Shown: positions 8,310 to 19,408, counted from the stretch's first letter. The stretch: DNA of 64,000 nt from an uncultured Thermoplasmatales archaeon (GCA_963807965.1 CAWEDU010000007.1:25865-89864); one strand, 5' to 3'. The notes: a model not told the origin generated them from the letters alone. A program made the numbers and translations.

Positions 8310-11300
8310 ATGCGCAAAGGTGTTTTGGCCCTTGTCTTGTTCGGTCTTCTCATAGCGGGAAGCGTTACTGTAATGATAGGAGCGCCGGATGATACAACAG
8401 TGGATGCAGTCCAACAGGAGACGCCGACAAGGACGGACCCGTATAACCTGCTTACCGATTACGATGATGCAAAATGGGTCTCATCCAGCGGATGGGACAT
8501 CAACGATTATCAGCATCCCTGGAGACAGCCCTGGCATAACTGGACCAATTACCTCAGTTATGATATGTACGACCAGACCGAATTCTGGTTCAGATGCAAG
8601 AACATGACAGAGGACTATCAGTGGCTGGATGATGTGAATGCGACCACCAATGGTGATGAGGTGGGTCTGATGAAAGAGGATATCAATCTTACACAGTCCT
8701 ACGATGATCCCATGAACTTCTCATATCCCAGAGCGGACCGGAAACTTACCGCCAAATATAATGAGGACATGCACGATATGGGCGTCATCAACCTAACGTT
8801 CAATCCGTTGGGTCTTCTTCCAAACCCATTCTCCTGGACCAATCCTCTTCTGGGTGCGGGCAAAGAGCTCAATGTTGAGGTTTGGGTTGATACCAACGGA
8901 GATTTTGATTTCGAAGACCCATCACCTACTGCAAGTATAGAAGGTATAATGCGGTTCGACTTCAACTGGTGGGATACTCCATATGACCCGGCAAATCCAG
9001 GTGGTACCATAGAACCACATACAACTGTGGCCAAGGAAATGCAAGTACCACCCGTGGGAACCAACAGGCAGATGGAAGAGTACGCAGACGGGCTCGGATA
9101 CTGGCTGGATATCGATGATGACAATCACCCCAATGTTCCTGGTGACATCAACGGTGGAAGAATATGGGTTCTTATGTGGAGGAGCGATAACGAACCTGAT
9201 GATCTGGATAACAGGACCATGGATTTCATTCTCTATTGTGGATATACCGAGAAACTCAGCTGGATATCCATTCCTTACCTTCATCCGAAACAGCTACCTG
9301 TAGCCAACACCGGAGAGGACATGGGATTCCCGGAAAACCGTAATGAATGGGAGGATGATCCCGATTACGTTGAACCTATTTTCAATGAAGAATATCCTCA
9401 GATCAAAGAAGGTGAGATCATTACCTTCGATGCATCCCATTCCTACGATCCCCAGGATGACGTTGGAGTGGATAAGATCCCCTATGGATCCCCTGATTGG
9501 ATAGGGCCGGATAAGGGTGAGAACAACGGTGCTATCGATGACGGAACCGATATTGGGGACGGATGGAGATCCACCGATTACGGTGAGATTGACAGGTTGA
9601 AATACGAATGGGTTGCAAAGGTTTCCATTCCTGGAAACAAGGTGGAACAGACCATCAGGATGTCCGGTGGCCTGCAATCCTCACCCATTCTGGATTGGAA
9701 GGTCAAGCTTCCAGCAATGAACCCGAATCTCCCCGCTAAGGAGCAGTACCTCATTCTCAACGTGACCCTGACTGTTATCGATCCTGAGAGAAACCAGGCG
9801 ACACATGTGATTCAGGTTCTTGCATACAAATCCCAGAATGCTCCCCAGGTATCGCTTAGTGTGATTCCACAGATGCCAGCGGAATATGCCGGGATCGGAG
9901 AATCGTGGGTTCTGGTCAAACAACAGGTGGTCTTCAATGGATATGCCTTCGATCCCGACCCGAACTCAGAGTTGTTCTATCATTGGGACCTTGAGGGGCC
10001 ATACGGGGAATTCTACCATCATGAGCTCACAAACGTCTTGGATTATGTATTTGACGAGGAAGGAGAATGGAATATTACCTTGACCGTTTATGACGGACCA
10101 ACAGATAACATCAATACACTCTCCGGAAGCAAGGTATTACTCCTCCATGTTGTCGAGAACATGGATCCTGTTCCCGTTATCAGGGCAAGTCACAATCCCT
10201 CGATGGAGAACTATTTCCTAGAACGGATAAATTCATCCAAGAACAGGGTTATCTACTTCAACGGGTCACATTCCTTCGACCCTGATATCTGGGTCTCCGG
10301 AGTGAAGGATGTTGAAGATCACTACCAGGGTCTTCCCGGATTCGATGAAGATGGCGATGGTCTCCCTGATGTGGAACTGAAATACCAGTGGGATTGGGGA
10401 GATGGAACAAGGACCGAATCCTTCTCCACTGACCCACAGGCAGAATACAAATGGCAAGATAGAGGAGCATCACGGACCGGAAAGCTATTCTGGCCAGTTA
10501 AACTCACGGTTTGGGACGGCAGGAAACCCATAGAATCCCTTCCCTTCCAGGTTTACATTAATCTGCCTCCAACGGCCGAAGCAGGACCTACCCTCCCGCC
10601 TCCTGGAAAGGAGATAGAAGTGGGAATGCCAGTGACCTTCGATGGAGCAGGTTCCTATGATCCGAATGACGATCCCAACTATGATAACAAGAGGGATTCA
10701 GAATATGTGGATAACCTCATTTATACCTGGGACTTCGGAGATGGTTCCGGAACCGTCATCGGCCGTGTCATGGAACATGTTTACCAGAAGGCAGGAACCT
10801 TCACAGTTATGGTTTCTGTGACCGATGGGGAATACTCGGATACTGATACCACAAAAGTAAAGATCGTTCCCGCCAACCAGGGACCGATAGGTGTTGTGGA
10901 GATCACATCCGAATCCTGGCTGAACATCGATACCAGGGAAGTCTATACCAATGTAAGGATGACCTTTGATGCAGCCCAGTCCTATGATCCAGATGGTGAC
11001 GCCTACCTCGACGACAAGCTCGAGACCAGCCCACTTGATGACCTCTTCGGACTTACCTGGGACCTGGGAGATGGAACCATCTCCAAGCAGGCCAAGGTGG
11101 ACCATGTCTATGAAGATAATGGGATATTCAACGTATCCATCTTCATGACCGATGAAAAGGGACTGAACTGGTCAGAAACATACAAGATAGAGGTTTCAAA
11201 CAGAGCTCCATTTGCAATCTCGAAGGAAGGGTCACTGACATACTTCTATGATGAACAGCCAGTCATGCTTTCCGGAGACGGGTCCTATGATGATGACGGA

Positions 11301-11618
11301 GATATCATCGGTTACTACTGGGACTTTGGCGATGGAACCCACTCGGACACATCACTGGGGATCAACGGATACCAGCCCTCCAAGGTGGTTGCCCATCCCT
11401 ATGAGAAAACAGGTCTGTACACAGCCAAATTATTCGTTATGGATGATGATGGGAAGATCACCGAGTCACCATTCGAGATAACTGTCCAGATCAAGAATGA
11501 GGCAAAACCACCAGAAGAAGACTTCCCAACAGGTCTAGTAATAGGAGGCACAATAGCTTTTGTTGTGGTACTTGCCGTGGCATCGACCTTCTTTGTCTCC
11601 ATAAGGAAGAGGATATAA
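8310..11618 (+). CDS. Secreted, C-terminally anchored multi-PKD-domain surface protein
   Basis: Signal peptide; repeated FDASxSYDPD and YxWDFGDG motifs; C-terminal TM helix followed by RKRI. Confidence 0.88.
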   Translation: MRKGVLALVLFGLLIAGSVTVMIGAPDDTTVDAVQQETPTRTDPYNLLTDYDDAKWVSSSGWDINDYQHPWRQPWHNWTNYLSYDMYDQTEFWFRCKNMTEDYQWLDDVNATTNGDEVGLMKEDINLTQSYDDPMNFSYPRADRKLTAKYNEDMHDMGVINLTFNPLGLLPNPFSWTNPLLGAGKELNVEVWVDTNGDFDFEDPSPTASIEGIMRFDFNWWDTPYDPANPGGTIEPHTTVAKEMQVPPVGTNRQMEEYADGLGYWLDIDDDNHPNVPGDINGGRIWVLMWRSDNEPDDLDNRTMDFILYCGYTEKLSWISIPYLHPKQLPVANTGEDMGFPENRNEWEDDPDYVEPIFNEEYPQIKEGEIITFDASHSYDPQDDVGVDKIPYGSPDWIGPDKGENNGAIDDGTDIGDGWRSTDYGEIDRLKYEWVAKVSIPGNKVEQTIRMSGGLQSSPILDWKVKLPAMNPNLPAKEQYLILNVTLTVIDPERNQATHVIQVLAYKSQNAPQVSLSVIPQMPAEYAGIGESWVLVKQQVVFNGYAFDPDPNSELFYHWDLEGPYGEFYHHELTNVLDYVFDEEGEWNITLTVYDGPTDNINTLSGSKVLLLHVVENMDPVPVIRASHNPSMENYFLERINSSKNRVIYFNGSHSFDPDIWVSGVKDVEDHYQGLPGFDEDGDGLPDVELKYQWDWGDGTRTESFSTDPQAEYKWQDRGASRTGKLFWPVKLTVWDGRKPIESLPFQVYINLPPTAEAGPTLPPPGKEIEVGMPVTFDGAGSYDPNDDPNYDNKRDSEYVDNLIYTWDFGDGSGTVIGRVMEHVYQKAGTFTVMVSVTDGEYSDTDTTKVKIVPANQGPIGVVEITSESWLNIDTREVYTNVRMTFDAAQSYDPDGDAYLDDKLETSPLDDLFGLTWDLGDGTISKQAKVDHVYEDNGIFNVSIFMTDEKGLNWSETYKIEVSNRAPFAISKEGSLTYFYDEQPVMLSGDGSYDDDGDIIGYYWDFGDGTHSDTSLGINGYQPSKVVAHPYEKTGLYTAKLFVMDDDGKITESPFEITVQIKNEAKPPEEDFPTGLVIGGTIAFVVVLAVASTFFVSIRKRI

Positions 11619-11655
11619 ACGAGCTATCTGATGAAGGGGCTGAGGTGAAATATCG

Positions 11656-12258
11656 GTGAATATCCTTATCACCGGCTTCGGCCCCTTCGATCATTTTTCT
11701 TCTAATCCATCTCAGGATATAGCGAGAGCCCTTTCTGATCAGAACGATGATGTGGAATCCAGAACTCTCCCTGTAGTGTATGGAGAGGGAGGAAAGGCCC
11801 TTTTTAGTGCTCTGGAGGAATTGGACCCTGACCTTGTGATCTGCTTCGGTCTTAACGGAACGATCTCACATATAGCTCTTGAAGAGATAGCTCTGAACCT
11901 GAGATCTTCCGAAATCCCTGATTCTTCAGGAAGGATTGCAGTAGATGAGCCGATCTTTTCAGGAGAACCACTGGCACTTAGATCCTACCTTTCCAATAGA
12001 AGGATCCTGGATGAACTTCGGAATAACGGGATACCTGCAAGAATATCCTATTCTGCTGGAACATATCTCTGCAACGAAGTTTTCTTCACTTCTATGAAAT
12101 GGTGTAAGGAAAACGGCAGATCCGGAGGTTTCATACATGTGCCTATGGCAACCGAAATGATATCTTTGGATCCAAGGAGCTATTCCAGACCTCATATGTC
12201 CATGGAAATGATACTGGAAGCGGGGAAAAAGATCCTTGCTATCTCTAGGATCAAATGA
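11656..12258 (+). CDS. pcp: Pyroglutamyl-peptidase I (C15)
   Basis: ILITGFGPF, NPS, SAGTYLCN (Cys) and GFIHVP (His). Confidence 0.92.
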   Translation: MNILITGFGPFDHFSSNPSQDIARALSDQNDDVESRTLPVVYGEGGKALFSALEELDPDLVICFGLNGTISHIALEEIALNLRSSEIPDSSGRIAVDEPIFSGEPLALRSYLSNRRILDELRNNGIPARISYSAGTYLCNEVFFTSMKWCKENGRSGGFIHVPMATEMISLDPRSYSRPHMSMEMILEAGKKILAISRIK

Positions 12259-12706
12259 TGCTCGAGGGAACATCTTCCTGGTCCCTTCCACAGTAGAAGC
12301 ATCTGAAAAGCGGAGGCTCTACCGATGTCCTGATCAGTTTAGGTGAAACAGGTTCCTTTTGATTGGTGATACAATTTGGATTCTCACATTTGGCGATCCC
12401 CTCTATCTGTTCTGGGACCTCTACCGAGAACTTCTTCACGACTTTGAAGTCCCTGATGATGGATATAGTTGCATTTGGGGTCAACACTGCAAGTTTGTTG
12501 ACGTCTTTTGGGTCCAGCTCCATATCTTCGACCTTTACGAGGTCCTTCTTACCAAGCTTTTTAGAGTTGGTGTACATTGCAATGGCCACCTCTTTCTGGG
12601 ACCCGTTGCTTATCTTGAGGATCTTAATGACCTTCAGAGCCATTCCGGGTCTGATGTGGTCAATAACTGTTCCGCTCCTTATGGGTGTTATCTTGAGCTC
12701 CTTCAT
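12251..12706 (-). CDS. pyrI: Aspartate carbamoyltransferase regulatory chain
   Basis: GTVIDHI, KKDLVKVE, CENPNCITN, CFYC. Confidence 0.96.
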   Translation of the reverse strand: MKELKITPIRSGTVIDHIRPGMALKVIKILKISNGSQKEVAIAMYTNSKKLGKKDLVKVEDMELDPKDVNKLAVLTPNATISIIRDFKVVKKFSVEVPEQIEGIAKCENPNCITNQKEPVSPKLIRTSVEPPLFRCFYCGRDQEDVPSSII

Positions 12707-13632
12707 TATTCTCCCTCCAGAACGAGTTTGAGGAGTGCCATTCTTGTGGCAACTCCATTGAAGGCCTGAACGAAATACTTGGCATGAACTGTATCATCAA
12801 TATCAGGATGGATCTCATCTACACGAGGTAGCGGATGCATGACTATCATGCTTTCCTTTGCATCATTTATCATTCTCATATCGATCTTGAAGGCGTGGGC
12901 AACCTTGCGGTACTCGGCCTCATCGGCAAACCTCTCTTTCTGTATCCTGGTCATGTAGATCACATCAGACCTGGGAACCTCTTCTTTGAGGTTATCCGTG
13001 ATCGTGACATCGATCCCCATTTCTTTGATGTCATTTACTATATGCTCAGGCATTGGGATTATATCTGGAGCCACAAAGCTCATGGAAGCTCCCATCCTGG
13101 CAAGTGCCAGTGAAAGGGAATGAACAGTCCTTCCGTATCTCAGGTCACCTGCAATTGTAACATGCAGGTCCTCTATCTTCCCAAGCTCCTCTCTGATCGT
13201 GAAAAGGTCTAATAACGTCTGAGTGGGATGCTGACCGGCTCCATCTCCCCCATTGATCACTGGTGCCTTGGAGAAAGTTGAAGCTAATCTTGCCGCACCC
13301 TCACGGGGGTGTCTGATAGCGATAACATCAGAATAACCATCGGCCATCCGGATAGTGTCAGCAAGAGTCTCTCCTTTAATGAGCGAAGAGCCTTCCTGAC
13401 CTGCTATGGTTATCACACCACCTCCAAGCCTAAGCATTGCTGTCTCGAAAGAAAGACGTGTTCTCGTGGAAGGTTCGAAAAATAAAGATGCCAGGACCTT
13501 TCCGTCAAGAAGCCTGGACCTCTCCTCACCCCTCGCTATCTTTACCATTCCACTGGCTGAATCCAATATCGTGGAGATCTCTCCCAGGCTAAGATCCCCG
13601 ATGTTTACGATGTCCCTACCCAATAGAGTCAA
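12706..13632 (-). CDS. pyrB: Aspartate carbamoyltransferase catalytic chain
   Basis: FFEPSTRTRLSF, HPTQTLLD, HPLPR. Likely TTG start at 13632 after GGTGGA; the track's 13746 start is probably over-extended. Confidence 0.95.
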   Translation of the reverse strand: MTLLGRDIVNIGDLSLGEISTILDSASGMVKIARGEERSRLLDGKVLASLFFEPSTRTRLSFETAMLRLGGGVITIAGQEGSSLIKGETLADTIRMADGYSDVIAIRHPREGAARLASTFSKAPVINGGDGAGQHPTQTLLDLFTIREELGKIEDLHVTIAGDLRYGRTVHSLSLALARMGASMSFVAPDIIPMPEHIVNDIKEMGIDVTITDNLKEEVPRSDVIYMTRIQKERFADEAEYRKVAHAFKIDMRMINDAKESMIVMHPLPRVDEIHPDIDDTVHAKYFVQAFNGVATRMALLKLVLEGE

Positions 13633-13760
13633 ACATGTCCACCAAAAAGGGGGATATTTACCCAACCATTTAAAGACTCTCCATGGACCGAGGGTAGAAA
13701 CCCGTTTCAAGAAAGAGTCACTATCGACAATCTTAAGATTATACACATTATAATGACCCC

Positions 13761-14600
13761 ATGGGTAGATCGGACGGGATCAGAGTTAAGGATGTTCCAA
13801 ATTACAGAAGGATCATGCCTTTCTTCATGAGGACCAAGCAGGATTCATTGATCAATTATACCCTGGATGTCCCTGCTGAAATGGCAATTGAATTCGCTGA
13901 AAGGATGTCGAAGGAATTTGGTCAGAAGGTTACTCCTTTCCATCTTATTCTCCATGCGCTATATAAGACCCATGTGGCCTATCCTGATCTGAACAGGTTT
14001 GTGAAGGGAGGGGTCCTGTGGCAGAGGAAAGGTATTTGGTTCTCTTTCTCAATAAAAAAGGAGTTTACAACCTCTTCCCCAATTTCAATAGTCAAGAGAG
14101 AGTTCAAGCCTGGATTTACCCTCAAGGATACGGTGATGGTCTCAAGGAAAGATATACTGGAAGGTAGGGACCTGAAGAAGAAGGATCAAGCAGAGAAAGA
14201 ATCAGGGCTCTTTCTTTGGATCCCGGCCCCAATAATGAAATGTCTCTACCCCATCTACAAGTTCCTGGACGAATACGACCTCTTACCTGCTTCATATACT
14301 CGTAAGGATCCACTTTATGCTTCAGCTTTCATTGCCAATGTGGGGGCATTCGATGCAGACACAGGATACCATCATCTCTATGAGCTGGGTACTATCCCTA
14401 TGTTCATTGTATTGGGAAAGATCGGAAAGAAGCCTTTTGTCGAGAGTGACGAGGTCGTTGCAAAACTTGTGATACCTTTCAAGGGAACAGCGGATGAGAG
14501 GGTTGTTGATGGATTTTACTATTACAGAGCTCTGGACTATTTCAGGGATCAGCTCCTTGAACCAGAAAGACTCCTTGATCCTCCAAAATTGGTGGAATGA
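13761..14600 (+). CDS. Stand-alone 2-oxoacid dehydrogenase E2-like acyltransferase catalytic domain
   Basis: YPDLNRF, FIANVG and DERVVDG (variant of DHRxxDG); no lipoyl domain. Confidence 0.75.
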   Translation: MGRSDGIRVKDVPNYRRIMPFFMRTKQDSLINYTLDVPAEMAIEFAERMSKEFGQKVTPFHLILHALYKTHVAYPDLNRFVKGGVLWQRKGIWFSFSIKKEFTTSSPISIVKREFKPGFTLKDTVMVSRKDILEGRDLKKKDQAEKESGLFLWIPAPIMKCLYPIYKFLDEYDLLPASYTRKDPLYASAFIANVGAFDADTGYHHLYELGTIPMFIVLGKIGKKPFVESDEVVAKLVIPFKGTADERVVDGFYYYRALDYFRDQLLEPERLLDPPKLVE

Positions 14601-15334
14601 TGATTGAAGAAAAAACCCTTAGGATCCAGAGGTACCTGGCAAGAAGTGGAATGGGGTCAAGAAGGGCATGTGAACGGTATCTTGAAGAGGGTAGGATCAA
14701 AGTCAACGGAGCGGTAGTCGTTGAGCCTGGGTCCAAGGTCTTCCCGGGAGATGAGGTCCTTCTTGATGGGGACAAAGTAGAATTGAATGTTTTGAGATAT
14801 TTCATAATAAACAAACCTAAAGGTTACATAAGTGTGAATCTGGACCAAAAAGGCAGGAAATGGGTTGTCGATATCATCCCTGGTGGAAGGGAGATGGGAT
14901 TATTCCCTGTCGGCCGTCTAGACCTAGACACCTCTGGATTAATGGTTCTTACTAATGATGGGGAGATCGGAAACAGGATATCACATCCAAGATTTGGAGT
15001 AATGAAAGAATACCGAGCATTGATCAAAGGGATCTGGACTAATACACAATTGAAAGATGAAATAGAAAACGGAATCGTTCTTGAAAATGGAGACCTTGTT
15101 AACGATGTGATCGCCCATTCCGCAGTCAATAAAGAGGGAAGGACCATTGCCGTTATCAGGATACATGAGGGGCGCAAGCATGTCATCCGTAGAATTTTCC
15201 AAGCTATCGGGACCAGGGTCCTTGAGCTGGAAAGAACAAAGATAGGGGGTTTGGAGCTTTCAGGTATACCTCCAGGTGGTTATATTGAGGTCTCAAGAGA
15301 GGAGATTGAAAAGGCATTCAATTATCAGGAGTAA
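14597..15334 (+). CDS. RsuA/RluB-family rRNA pseudouridine synthase
   Basis: S4 domain (RIQRYLA...SRR), NKPKG, GRLDLDTSGL, EGRKHVIRR. Confidence 0.92.
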   Translation: MMIEEKTLRIQRYLARSGMGSRRACERYLEEGRIKVNGAVVVEPGSKVFPGDEVLLDGDKVELNVLRYFIINKPKGYISVNLDQKGRKWVVDIIPGGREMGLFPVGRLDLDTSGLMVLTNDGEIGNRISHPRFGVMKEYRALIKGIWTNTQLKDEIENGIVLENGDLVNDVIAHSAVNKEGRTIAVIRIHEGRKHVIRRIFQAIGTRVLELERTKIGGLELSGIPPGGYIEVSREEIEKAFNYQE

Positions 15335-15571
15335 GTTCAGAATTCTGATAATTATACATGGACTTTTTAATACTTCATCATAAGATTGATTGACCAAGAT
15401 CAAAGGAAAAAAATGGACCGTCCAGAAAAATAATATGTACATACATGCACATATATATTAGTGGTTTATGTGGATTTATAAAGTTACAGGTTAAAATACC
15501 TGATATTATTATATTTTTACATATCCCAACCAAGATGGCCCTAGGTCCAATCAATGGAAGAAGGTGAAAAT

Positions 15572-16830
15572 ATGATAGCAAAAGCTGGCATCCTGAAAGG
15601 TTCGATCGGAGTGTTCACTGCATTATTATTACTTCTTGGATTACTGTCGATCATACCATCAGATCCTGATGCAACTGATACAATAGAAGTCCCAGACCAT
15701 GCTCAAGCTGAGAGGATACTCTTAGATGACGGAACCCAGATAGGGACTCTTTACATCTGGAGCAATGACCTGAAAGTACTATTTGTAAAATATATTCTTG
15801 ATGATGAGGGGTGGGAGATGAAAAGATCTGATCTTTCATTTGGAACCCAGCTGTCAGATATCTTCCAGAGGAATGGTGATCCGATCCCCGAGATGTTTCC
15901 ATTTACAAATAACCATGATCCAAAGGTCTCTGACTATCTATATAAGATCGATATAGAAGGGGCATATACCAAGGAGGACATCCTTTACTTGGCAGCCCAT
16001 TGTAAGTGCTTACAATACCACTGAACCCTCACAGAAAGATGTTGAAAGATCTGGATGGACAGGAGAGAATACTTTCCTGAGAACCTCAAATGCAAGATAT
16101 TTCATTTACAGATTCTCGAGAGAAGAGGTTTGGCCCCCTTCAGGGACAGCATCATTCGGATTCGAGGACCTTCCTCTTGAAGTGGAAGAAGGAAGCGATT
16201 TGAAACCAAATGATTGGGATTATAATGATCTGGTCTTTGACGTTTCAATAAGGACATCATACTTTGAGAATAAATTAATGTGGATGGAATGGACCTTCTA
16301 TGCTGAGGAGAGGACCGCAAGCTTCTCACATTTACTTGAACATCCTTATACCTGCGGAGACCTTCAAATCCAATGGGAACTGTGAGATAACCTATTTCGC
16401 AAATGAAAGCAAGGATATTATCGAATCCACAGAGGTTCCCTTTGAAATGGATACTGATTTCGACATTGGAATTTTTAATAATGGATATACCAACGATGCA
16501 GTCGATCAGAAACAGGTCACTACCATAAAAATTAGTTTTGAGCAAGGATTCAATTTCGACCTGAGCCATTATGGATATAATGAATTAGATGCCCACGCAA
16601 CCGGGCTGTTCTTCGATCCTTATCTTTATGTTAAGGGAACTAATGAAGAGATACATATCGGTGATGTCAGGATCGTTTTCGTCCCTGAGAACTGGGAATG
16701 GCCAACACCTGATGAAACACCGATCTGGGAAGTCTATCCATACAATTTCCTTACCGGAGATGGTGTATACCATGATGAGACAACTAATGAACCGATCTTC
16801 GTTGGCGACTGGTATCTTGTAAGAGAATAG
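15572..16830 (+). pseudogene. Secreted LruC/DUF4842-like protein with two +1 frame breaks (~16001, ~16332)
   Basis: Three consecutive frames join: ...LYLAAH|VSAY...GFEDLP...DWDYNDLV...FSH|YLNILIP...VPENWEWPTPDETPIWEVYP. May be intact in vivo if the breaks are sequencing errors. Confidence 0.7.
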
Positions 16831-16895
16831 ATATTGGAATAACCTGAATTTCAAGTCGAATAATATCTGAACCAGTTTCTTAAAAACTGCTGTCA

Positions 16896-17723
16896 TCAAA
16901 GGCCCTTTAAAAGAGCCTGAGATCCACTATATGTGATCTGAAAAAGTTTGGTTTCATGATCCAAGGCGACCCATCCTAGGAAGACCATCTCGTTCAGAAC
17001 AGTTGAGGCTTCGAGAGAGACCATACCTAGATGATCTGTCAGATCATCTGTTGTGGATGGATGTTCATCTAGATATCTCAGAACCTTCATATACCTCTCT
17101 TCGATAGTCTGCTGATTATCATTGAAATAATGGTCCATGAACATCTCCAACCATCTTCCTAGTATGGGATGAGCCCTGAGTTGAAATTGATCATTTCCCA
17201 CAATATTGAATTCCCAGATATCCTTCGATCCCTGAACCGATCTCTCCACCAATGTATCACCATCGATTGTATATGATACTCCTCCAATGCTATTTATTCC
17301 GATCCCGGTTTCCCTTTGCTGAAAATTCATGGGCATTTCATGCCCATCCTTAACAAACATGCACCCCTTGAAAAAATTGCATACTTGTTCGTAGATATCC
17401 CTTGTAATCGCTTTTTCGACCGATGGAGTGACACCAACCAATGAAATATGAGCATCAATCCCGTTTGAATGGACCAGAGGGATCACCTTTGCATTCCCTT
17501 CATCTGGTATTGGAAAGCTTCCATCATTCTCAATGGACAGTAGATTTGAATATGGTATGATCTCCTGGAAAGGACCTGATGCAAGTATAATTCTATGCGA
17601 TGACAGGATCAAAAGACCTGACATCCATGACCGCTGAGGGAATAGTTGGCCATTCTTTCCAGCCTTATGGCGAAATCTGACAATCACCTTCCTTAGAAGA
17701 CTTTCACGGGAGGAAAGCTTCAA
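16896..17723 (-). CDS. CheF-like protein (PH-like N-terminal domain, C-terminal winged HTH)
   Basis: WMSGLLILSSHRIILA...IPYSNL resembles the archaeal CheF N-terminal pattern; C-terminal wHTH ending in ITYSG. Confidence 0.55.
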   Translation of the reverse strand: MKLSSRESLLRKVIVRFRHKAGKNGQLFPQRSWMSGLLILSSHRIILASGPFQEIIPYSNLLSIENDGSFPIPDEGNAKVIPLVHSNGIDAHISLVGVTPSVEKAITRDIYEQVCNFFKGCMFVKDGHEMPMNFQQRETGIGINSIGGVSYTIDGDTLVERSVQGSKDIWEFNIVGNDQFQLRAHPILGRWLEMFMDHYFNDNQQTIEERYMKVLRYLDEHPSTTDDLTDHLGMVSLEASTVLNEMVFLGWVALDHETKLFQITYSGSQALLKGL

Positions 17724-17737
17724 TTGATTTCAGCCTC

Positions 17738-18463
17738 CTATTTTTCCCAAGCCGGGATTTCCATTTTAAACCTTGTTCCCATTACCTTTTGATCCTTCAT
17801 GACATCTTCAAGTGTGATATTACCACCATATCGACTGATAACCGACCTGACGACGGAGAGACCCATACCCTTACCCTGAACATCTCCCATTTTTATAGAA
17901 TTGTCAAATCGGGTGAAAACCTTGTCCTTCAGACTGTTAGAGATACCCTTCCCACTATCCTCATAGATCAATCGGACCATTTCATCCATATTGCTTGAAG
18001 CTATCTTGACGGATGCCCTTGACTCTTTACTGTATTTCATCGAGTTTATTAGAAGTTGAATGAACACATCCAGAAGGAACCTATCCGCCTTCACTATACA
18101 TTCCCCTTCCTTAAAATCTATGTCCAGGTCAAGTTGTTTTGAATCTATCTGGTATACTGCAGATTCTGAGGCCTTTCTTAGGGTCTGATAAGGGTCCACA
18201 GGTTCTCCCACGAACTTCTCATCTGAAAGATTTACCAATAATCTGACATTATCCACCAGATGTGAGATGGATTTCAGTTCAGACATGGAATTGGAAAGGT
18301 ACCTGGTAAGTGTTGGATCGTCTTCGACCATGGAAAGAACTAATTCAAGATATCCCATGGAACCGTATATATGATTGTTGATATCATGCGATAACAGGGT
18401 CATCAATATCCTAGTCTTCCTGTCTTCGATGTTCGACTTTTCATTTTCATTTTCACTGGCCAT
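17738..18463 (-). CDS. Soluble sensor-less histidine kinase (HisKA + HATPase_c)
   Basis: H-box SHDINN, N-box LLINSMKY, G1 DSGKGI, F-box VFTRF, G2 GKGMGL; GGAGG RBS. Confidence 0.9.
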   Translation of the reverse strand: MASENENEKSNIEDRKTRILMTLLSHDINNHIYGSMGYLELVLSMVEDDPTLTRYLSNSMSELKSISHLVDNVRLLVNLSDEKFVGEPVDPYQTLRKASESAVYQIDSKQLDLDIDFKEGECIVKADRFLLDVFIQLLINSMKYSKESRASVKIASSNMDEMVRLIYEDSGKGISNSLKDKVFTRFDNSIKMGDVQGKGMGLSVVRSVISRYGGNITLEDVMKDQKVMGTRFKMEIPAWEK

Positions 18464-18604
18464 GTAGCGGTCCTCCAATTAGACCCGATCATTTCCTTCA
18501 TATCAATCCTTGAAGGATATTAGTAAATCTTCCCCTCCTATTACCACACAAGGAAATCAAGTTCATAACCCAATCAATAAATCATATGCCACAATTATCC
18601 GATC

Positions 18605-19408
18605 GTGGCCTTTGATCCGATCTCTCTGAGCATACTTCTTCTTGCAGGGATAATTATCGCTTGTTTGGGAGCTATGACGGGCCTTGGAGGGGGCTTCCTC
18701 TGTGTTCCCTTCCTCCTTTTGGCATGGAACCTTGGAAGGGGAGATGCTGTTCTTATTTCACTAACGATGATCCTTGCTAATTCGACCTCATCGTCCGTTT
18801 CCTATCTAAGGTCCAAGATGGTTGACCTTCCGGTGGCAGGAATGCTCGCGGTTACAGCAGTACCGGCCCTCTATGTTGGTTATATCCTCTTGCAGTCCAT
18901 GAAAGCTTCTACTTTTGATCTCATTTTTTCCATTTTGCTGCTATCCGTTACAATTTATATTCTTATTTCGAGGTCAAGGAAGAAACTGAAGATCGATAAA
19001 AAAAATGATGCCAAAGGAGATACGGAAAAAAGAGTGATGATACCCTATATCTCTATGCCCCTCTCATTTCTTGCCGGGATAGCTTCCTCTGCATTTGGGA
19101 TCGGTGGAGGGGCGATCTTCATGCCTCTTCAAGTAGGTCTCCTAAAAATGGATGTGAAGAAGGCCATTGCAACGTCAATGTTCCTTTTGATGATCCTTAC
19201 AGGTTTTAGGGTGGTGATCATATCGAGGTTATCCTTCGATCCCTGGATAGCTCTCCCTCTTGCTCTTGGTGCTATTATCGGTGCTCAGCTGGGATCTATT
19301 ATTGTTAAGAGACTTAATGGGGAGGTTCTCCTCTATATACTTTCATCATTCCTTTCCCTGATCGCATTGTATATGGGTGGTGGGGCAATAATTGATCTCA
19401 TTTCATAA
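18605..19408 (+). CDS. TauE/SafE (TSUP) family membrane transporter
   Basis: Duplicated GLGGG/GIGGG motifs, AIATS and multiple TM segments. Confidence 0.88.
   Translation: MAFDPISLSILLLAGIIIACLGAMTGLGGGFLCVPFLLLAWNLGRGDAVLISLTMILANSTSSSVSYLRSKMVDLPVAGMLAVTAVPALYVGYILLQSMKASTFDLIFSILLLSVTIYILISRSRKKLKIDKKNDAKGDTEKRVMIPYISMPLSFLAGIASSAFGIGGGAIFMPLQVGLLKMDVKKAIATSMFLLMILTGFRVVIISRLSFDPWIALPLALGAIIGAQLGSIIVKRLNGEVLLYILSSFLSLIALYMGGGAIIDLIS

Noticed and set aside
11500-11540. Archaeosortase signal (PGF/PEF-CTERM) in surface proteins
   Set aside because: Pre-TM motifs (EDFP, DEFP, SEIP, DPLP) only loosely resemble PEF, and no sortase gene is in the window.
17720-17726. An eighth +1 event at the CheF-like start (ATTG for ATG)
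   Set aside because: TTG starts are used elsewhere in the window (pheS, pyrB), so no indel is required.
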